From: an uncultured virus (IMG/VR IMGVR_UViG_3300028602_000003)
Taxonomy: Duplodnaviria; Heunggongvirae; Uroviricota; Caudoviricetes; Schitoviridae
Strand: one strand, 5' to 3'
Length of the DNA: 20,000 bases
Virus record (IMG/VR): IMGVR_UViG_3300028602_000003
Shown here: piece by piece, positions 15,812-20,000 of the stretch
Numbering within the stretch: the first letter of the stretch is position 1
Layout of the letters: every line of letters begins with the position of its first letter
Position numbers and translations under genes: made by a program
The notes under the pieces: model-generated
What the model saw: only the letters and a program-made list of their open reading frames with translations
Told to the model about the DNA's origin: nothing
Database searches by the model: none

Positions 15812-15832
15812 TGCCACAACCCACGAAGTGGG
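15812..15832 (-). promoter_or_regulatory. Virion-RNAP hairpin early promoter (first, Pe1-like)
   Basis: Template (+) strand TGCC-ACAA-CCCAC-GAA-GTGGG; flank and core identical to 14700..14721, with covarying outer stem. Confidence 0.82.
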
Positions 15833-16015
15833 GGTATGTGTGAATGTGTGAAGTGTTTAGTACCGGGGGGTACTTTTAGGATTGGGGGGTGTGAACAGTG
15901 TGAGTACTGCAACCAGACATACATACAAAAAATTATAAAAGTTTTCATCCCCTACCCTGAGACATACATAAGAAAAAATCTAAAAGTTTCTACCCCAAAC
16001 ACTTCTCTAAAAATA

Positions 16016-16303
16016 TTAGAAAATATAGTCCCCATTAAAACTAGATGTTTCTTGTGGGTAGTAGCAGTTACGTATCTTATCTCGCCATTCCTTCTCATCC
16101 TTTGGATCAGGCCAAGCTATATCTACTACGTGAAAGAACTTCATGAAACCCCGGTCATATTCCCTCTCCTTGGTTCGGCTTCCAATCTCTATGGTTAGCA
16201 TCTTACCGTAGAGGAGGCACATACCAGTCATGTATTCCAAGACTTCTTTGCTAGCTACGTTTACGTAGACTGAACCTTCAGGGTGTTCAAAGAGCTGAGC
16301 CAA
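16016..16303 (-). CDS. Hypothetical protein (start uncertain)
   Basis: 95-aa ORF with a TTG start; the frame stays open about 20 codons further upstream. Confidence 0.5.
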   Translation of the reverse strand: MAQLFEHPEGSVYVNVASKEVLEYMTGMCLLYGKMLTIEIGSRTKEREYDRGFMKFFHVVDIAWPDPKDEKEWRDKIRNCYYPQETSSFNGDYIF

Positions 16304-16395
16304 TGGGACTGGTTTAGGTAATGCTCCTGCGTTTGAGTACAGATAATATTTGAGATTCCTATCTCACCAATTAGATATAAGTTTAAGTAATAGGT

Positions 16396-16427
16396 AAAAA
16401 TAAGGGCAGATTTCTCTGCCCTTATTT
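16396..16427 (-). terminator. Rho-independent terminator with GAAA tetraloop
   Basis: Minus strand AAAUAAGGGCAGA-GAAA-UCUGCCCUUAUUUUU. Confidence 0.85.
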
Positions 16428-16544
16428 GTGTCAGCCCCTAGCGTATTGCAATACAGAGATGAGTCTGTACTAGGAGTTTGCTATGACTGACTGCGCGGTT
16501 ATCTCCTCCACCATTCGCTGGGAGGCTATGGCCCATCAAGTACA
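16396..16544 (-). ncRNA. Candidate structured small RNA (~150 nt)
   Basis: Bounded by a sigma70-like promoter and a strong terminator; several internal stems; the only ORF is 32 codons with no RBS. Confidence 0.4.
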
Positions 16545-16549
16545 ACGTG

Positions 16550-16578
16550 AATCTAGAACAGGACTTACAGGGTGTCCA
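16550..16578 (-). promoter_or_regulatory. Putative sigma70 promoter
   Basis: Minus strand TGGACA-17 nt-TAGATT. Confidence 0.5.
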
Positions 16579-16834
16579 GTTTATTTAAAATGTCTGTAGG
16601 GTCTGAGGCAAAAAAGACTATAGGTGCCCCGTAGAACCAGGAGTTTGTATAGGCACCTTCTACGTGTAAGTAGATGGTGATCTCACTACCCATGAGTAAC
16701 TGAAGCCCCTCAAATAGTGGGCGTTGGCTCTCATCTTCTATGAGCAGAACCGCATCTTCTTCTGCATAAAGCTCTTCAAGAGTAGCTTCTAGATAGGGGC
16801 CGCTGGCCTTTCTTTTATATAGAGTAAGTTCCAT
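16565..16834 (-). CDS. Hypothetical protein (89 aa)
   Basis: MELTLYKRK...; ATG 16834 with AAGGGG RBS. Confidence 0.6.
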   Translation of the reverse strand: MELTLYKRKASGPYLEATLEELYAEEDAVLLIEDESQRPLFEGLQLLMGSEITIYLHVEGAYTNSWFYGAPIVFFASDPTDILNKLDTL

Positions 16835-16904
16835 TACAGCCCCTTGGTTCGGCGTAGCAGAAGCAATAGATATCCCTACCCACATACACAGTAGGGAAAA
16901 CAGG

Positions 16905-16933
16905 TTGCGGTGTATCTAAAGCTAGCCTAAAGT
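16905..16933 (+). promoter_or_regulatory. Putative sigma70 promoter for the plus-strand block
   Basis: TTGCGG-17 nt-TAAAGT, about 30 nt upstream of ATG 16965. Confidence 0.35.
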
Positions 16934-16964
16934 CTATCCCCATAAACCACAAGAGGGAAGCACC

Positions 16965-17426
16965 ATGAGCGTAGCAAATAAAGTAGTACCACAAGATCTG
17001 GAAGACGAGATTGCCAGTGAGGTTTATCACGTGTTGCCCAACACCACGACAACGGTAGCAATGCTTACCACGAAGACAGGGTGGGATCTGACAGGTATCA
17101 GTGCGTGTGTGGACCCAGCCAACTTCAATGAAGAGGTTGGTCGTAAATGGGCACGAGAGGATGCACTGAAGAAGCTGTGGCCTCTGTTGGGTTTCCGGCT
17201 GAAGGACAAGCTTCACCTATTGGCTCAAGCGCCTGTCAGTACTTTTGCCGGTCGGTTGATGGATGAGCAGCGTGAGCTTGCTGAGAAGATTGAGAAATTA
17301 GATGTGTTTTGTAAGGGAGCAGTGTTTCAGGGACTGAGTCCTATTGCTCAAGACAATCTCACGGAGCAGCTTGTGGTGATGCGGCATTACAATAAGATCC
17401 TACTGAATCGCATTGACGGGCTGTAA
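16965..17426 (+). CDS. Gp49/Sf6-gp66-family domain fused to a crAss001_48-like helical domain; putative double nucleotide-signal sponge (Acb4-like plus Sequestin-like)
   Basis: N-half TTVAMLTTKTGW.LTG.SACVDPANFNEEVGRK.A.EDA..KLWPLLGF.L; C-half RL.DEQ.EL.EKIEKL..F.....F..L....Q..L..Q...M..Y..IL..RI. Confidence 0.75.
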   Translation: MSVANKVVPQDLEDEIASEVYHVLPNTTTTVAMLTTKTGWDLTGISACVDPANFNEEVGRKWAREDALKKLWPLLGFRLKDKLHLLAQAPVSTFAGRLMDEQRELAEKIEKLDVFCKGAVFQGLSPIAQDNLTEQLVVMRHYNKILLNRIDGL

Positions 17427-17434
17427 TTAGAGTC

Positions 17435-17470
17435 ATCTTTAGGGGAGCAATCCCCTTTAGATTTATTTTT
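17435..17470 (+). terminator. Probable terminator
   Basis: AGGGGA-GCAA-TCCCCT stem followed by a T-rich tract, after the stop at 17426. Confidence 0.55.
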
Positions 17471-17482
17471 GAGGAAGAAGTT

Positions 17483-18157
17483 ATGCTAACCAAAAAAGAG
17501 ATAGAGCTTTCCTTACCAGCACACCTGAAGAGTTCTGCCACCCAAGAACTCGCTGACAAGGTGAATGCGGTTACGTCAGACCCTATTATGGCTGAGCATA
17601 TTAGAGATAATTTTATTTCGTATGTAGGGGTGCTACGTGAAGGGAAGTTTAAGACAGAGGACTATCTGAATGCTGTCACCTACACCAGCTACAAGCTGAT
17701 GGGGTATAGCAACCAAGATGCCTACTTCAAAACCTTCCCTGCTCGTCATCAAGCATTGGTAGCTAAAGGCACTAGCTCTAAAGACATCAGTGCGTATGTG
17801 AGTGCCTACCATAAAGGTAAGCTGGTCACGATGATCATTGAGCAATCCTTGGTGCCATCGTGGGTGCTTAACCAGGATGTGTACCAGAAGGCTATTAATG
17901 TGCAGGCTGATCTGATGCTGAATGCCCAGAGTGAGAAGGTACGCTCCGATGCAGCTAACAGTTTGCTGACTCACCTGAGCAAGCCTAAGGAGGCAGGCCC
18001 ACTGATCAACATTGATATGCGTGAGACTTCGGGTATGAAGGAAATGCAGGAGATGATGATGCAGATTGCTACCCGTCAGCGTGAAGCCATTGGTGCGGGC
18101 GTGACTACTAAAGAGATCGCAGCTCAGCGAATCTTTCATGATGAGGTGGTGGGATGA
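17483..18157 (+). CDS. N4 gp69-like protein (putative terminase small subunit)
   Basis: IRDNFISY..VL.EGKFK.EDYLNAV.Y.SYKLMG.SN.DAY.KTFP.R...SEKVRSDAANSLLTHL..P; upstream of TerL; GAGG RBS. Confidence 0.8.
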   Translation: MLTKKEIELSLPAHLKSSATQELADKVNAVTSDPIMAEHIRDNFISYVGVLREGKFKTEDYLNAVTYTSYKLMGYSNQDAYFKTFPARHQALVAKGTSSKDISAYVSAYHKGKLVTMIIEQSLVPSWVLNQDVYQKAINVQADLMLNAQSEKVRSDAANSLLTHLSKPKEAGPLINIDMRETSGMKEMQEMMMQIATRQREAIGAGVTTKEIAAQRIFHDEVVG

Positions 18158-18363
18158 TCTACTTCTATTATGCAGATGGTGTGGTGAAGAAGTTCACCAA
18201 TGAGGAACGGCTACGTAATTACCTGTCCAGTGGGAAGACCCCACTGGCTGCACGAGTGACACACGAGATCACGATGAGTAAATTCATGGACGTACTCGAT
18301 GCAGTGAATTGTGTGTATGGCTTTGTAAAACTGGAAGGGACTATTGCATATGGCACTCGTTAA
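18154..18363 (+). CDS. Hypothetical protein inserted between gp69-like and TerL
   Basis: 69 aa, overlaps both neighbours (ATGA coupling upstream). Confidence 0.6.
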   Translation: MIYFYYADGVVKKFTNEERLRNYLSSGKTPLAARVTHEITMSKFMDVLDAVNCVYGFVKLEGTIAYGTR

Positions 18364-19939
18364 GCAGGGCTTGGATGAGTGGCTGAACCAAGTGGACTAC
18401 TCAGAGCTGAACAGTAATGCGTACATGCCCAGTGTCTTTGCCCTCATCTTTATGAACTTCATCAAGATGGTGAACGGTGCTCAAGGTGAGAGCAACAAGA
18501 CACCACCTGTTCACTTGAAGATGCTGGATAAGATCGTAGGGCCATCCTCCTATATTGCTAACCTGTGCTTCCGTGGTGCAGGTAAGACAGCTGTATTCAT
18601 GGAATACCTGACACTGTTCGTGGCCATGTACGGTCACCTGCCTGAGTTTGGTGACATCACTGGCATGATCTACGTGTCTGACTCAATGGAGAACGGGGTA
18701 GCATCTGCACGTAAGAACATCGAGTTTCGCTACAACAACAGTGAATTCCTTCAGTACTGGATTCCTGAAGCTAAATTTACCGATAAGTACATGGAGTTTA
18801 AGAATCGGGATGGCCACCCACTAGGTGTACGGATGTTCGGTGCCAAGACAGGTCTTCGTGGTACGAAGATCTTTGGTAAGCGCCCTGTGTTGGCAATCCT
18901 TGATGACTTGGTTAGTGATGATGACGCCAAGTCTAAGGTGTCCATGATCGCTATCAAGGACACTGTATATAAAGGTGTAAACCACGCACTCGACCCAACA
19001 CGTCGTAAGGTTGTATTCAACGGTACACCCTTCAACATTGATGACATCCTTATTGAAGCGGTTGAGTCTGGTCAGTGGGATGTGAACGTATGGCCTGTAT
19101 GTGAGCGTTTCCCTTGCTCACGGGAAGAGTTTGTTGGTGCATGGGAAGATCGCTTCAGCTTTGACTACATACAAGAGCAGTACAACATGGCTGTTGGTAC
19201 TGGCAAGCTTGGTTCCTTTTATCAGGAGCTGATGCTACGCATTACGTCTGAAGAAGAACGCCTGGTGCAAGATGATGAGATTCGTTGGTACAAACGAGCC
19301 AATCTACTCGCTAACCAGACCTCGTTTAACTTCTATGTGACTACCGACTTCGCTACGTCCGCTAAGCAGACAGCTGACTTCTCTGTCATCTCCAATTGGG
19401 CATATAACGCCAATGGTGATCTGTTCTGGGTAGACGGTATCTGTGAACGGCAGACGATGGATAAAACCATCGACTCACTGTTTAAGTTTGTTCAGCAGTA
19501 TCGTCCGCAATCTGTGGGTGTAGAGGTGACTGGGCAGCAAGGTGCATTCATCACTTGGCTCCAAGGAGAGATGCTAAACCGGAACATTTGGTTCAACTTT
19601 GCTTCGTCTGAGCAGAGCGGTTCTCCAGGTATTCGCCCTGTTACGGATAAGCTAAGCCGGTTTAACTTAGTAGTTCCTTGGTTCAAGATGGGTAAGATAT
19701 ACTTCCCTGAAGAAATGAGACATTCTAAGATTGTCGGCCAATTCATTGAGCAGATCCGCCTAGCCACACAAAGTGGGCTTAAAGGTAAGGATGACTGCCT
19801 CGATACAATTTCCATGCTTGGTTACATGAAGATGTGGAAACCATCTGAATCTGGTCCAGCTACTCCCGATGAAGTTGAGGTGTGGGAGGAGACTCATGGA
19901 CAAGAACAAGCAACCCCTCTTTCTTCCTACATCGTGTGA
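18350..19939 (+). CDS. terL: Terminase large subunit (N4 gp68-like)
   Basis: CFRGAGKT Walker A, LAILDDL Walker B, FNGTP motif, nuclease domain YVTTDFA...DFS...GVE...DDCLD. Likely start ATG 18350. Confidence 0.93.
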   Translation: MALVKQGLDEWLNQVDYSELNSNAYMPSVFALIFMNFIKMVNGAQGESNKTPPVHLKMLDKIVGPSSYIANLCFRGAGKTAVFMEYLTLFVAMYGHLPEFGDITGMIYVSDSMENGVASARKNIEFRYNNSEFLQYWIPEAKFTDKYMEFKNRDGHPLGVRMFGAKTGLRGTKIFGKRPVLAILDDLVSDDDAKSKVSMIAIKDTVYKGVNHALDPTRRKVVFNGTPFNIDDILIEAVESGQWDVNVWPVCERFPCSREEFVGAWEDRFSFDYIQEQYNMAVGTGKLGSFYQELMLRITSEEERLVQDDEIRWYKRANLLANQTSFNFYVTTDFATSAKQTADFSVISNWAYNANGDLFWVDGICERQTMDKTIDSLFKFVQQYRPQSVGVEVTGQQGAFITWLQGEMLNRNIWFNFASSEQSGSPGIRPVTDKLSRFNLVVPWFKMGKIYFPEEMRHSKIVGQFIEQIRLATQSGLKGKDDCLDTISMLGYMKMWKPSESGPATPDEVEVWEETHGQEQATPLSSYIV

Positions 19940-19945
19940 GGAATT

Positions 19946-20000
19946 ATGAACGTAGAACAAATGTACGAGGCATTGTCCTATGGGGAATTGTCCAACCTTG
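19946..20000 (+). CDS. N4 gp67-like virion protein, N-terminus (partial)
   Basis: GAGG RBS, MNVEQMYEALSYGELSNL; follows TerL as in N4. Confidence 0.7.
   Translation, partial: MNVEQMYEALSYGELSNL

Noticed and set aside
15800..16198. 132-aa Cys-rich plus-strand ORF
   Set aside because: The Cys pattern arises from GTGTGA low-complexity repeats, and the ORF overlaps the early promoter and the probable terminus.
16428..16545. tRNA or hammerhead ribozyme
   Set aside because: No cloverleaf with a TTCGA arm and no CUGANGA/GAAA core on either strand; kept only as a generic sRNA candidate.
16815..19960. Minus-strand ORFs over the late genes (e.g. 17633..18139, 19492..19815)
   Set aside because: They are antisense to gp69-like, TerL and the Gp49 fusion, with no motifs.
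1..20000. CRISPR array, integrase, transposase or reverse transcriptase
   Set aside because: No regularly spaced repeats or matching protein motifs were seen.

Overview
The window is part of an N4-like phage (Schitoviridae-type) genome, read as the reverse complement and spanning the probable junction of the genome ends. Early and middle genes run on the minus strand from about 15800 to 1. They include N4 gp1-like, gp2/Drc-like, SLOG, NADAR-like and macro-like genes, the split RNA polymerase II (RNAP1 and RNAP2), an Ig-like protein, a ClpX/HslU-like ATPase, an HNH gene, a 662-aa unknown, a MoxR-like AAA ATPase and a metallopeptidase-like gene. Late genes run on the plus strand from about 16965: a Gp49-family fusion, gp69-like, TerL and gp67-like. 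Main points: (1) Two complete group I introns, each carrying an HNH homing endonuclease, with splice sites resolvable to the base. One splits RNAP2 at the catalytic VHD/C motif (7840..8821); the other splits the AAA ATPase at CCPR/TWEF (795..1671). (2) Three hairpin promoters of the virion-RNAP type. (3) A likely two-domain anti-defence nucleotide sponge at 16965..17426. (4) A cluster of putative NAD/ADP-ribose-handling early genes. (5) A roughly 150-nt structured candidate small RNA bounded by a promoter and a terminator near the genome end. Family assignments come from recognising motifs, not from database searches.
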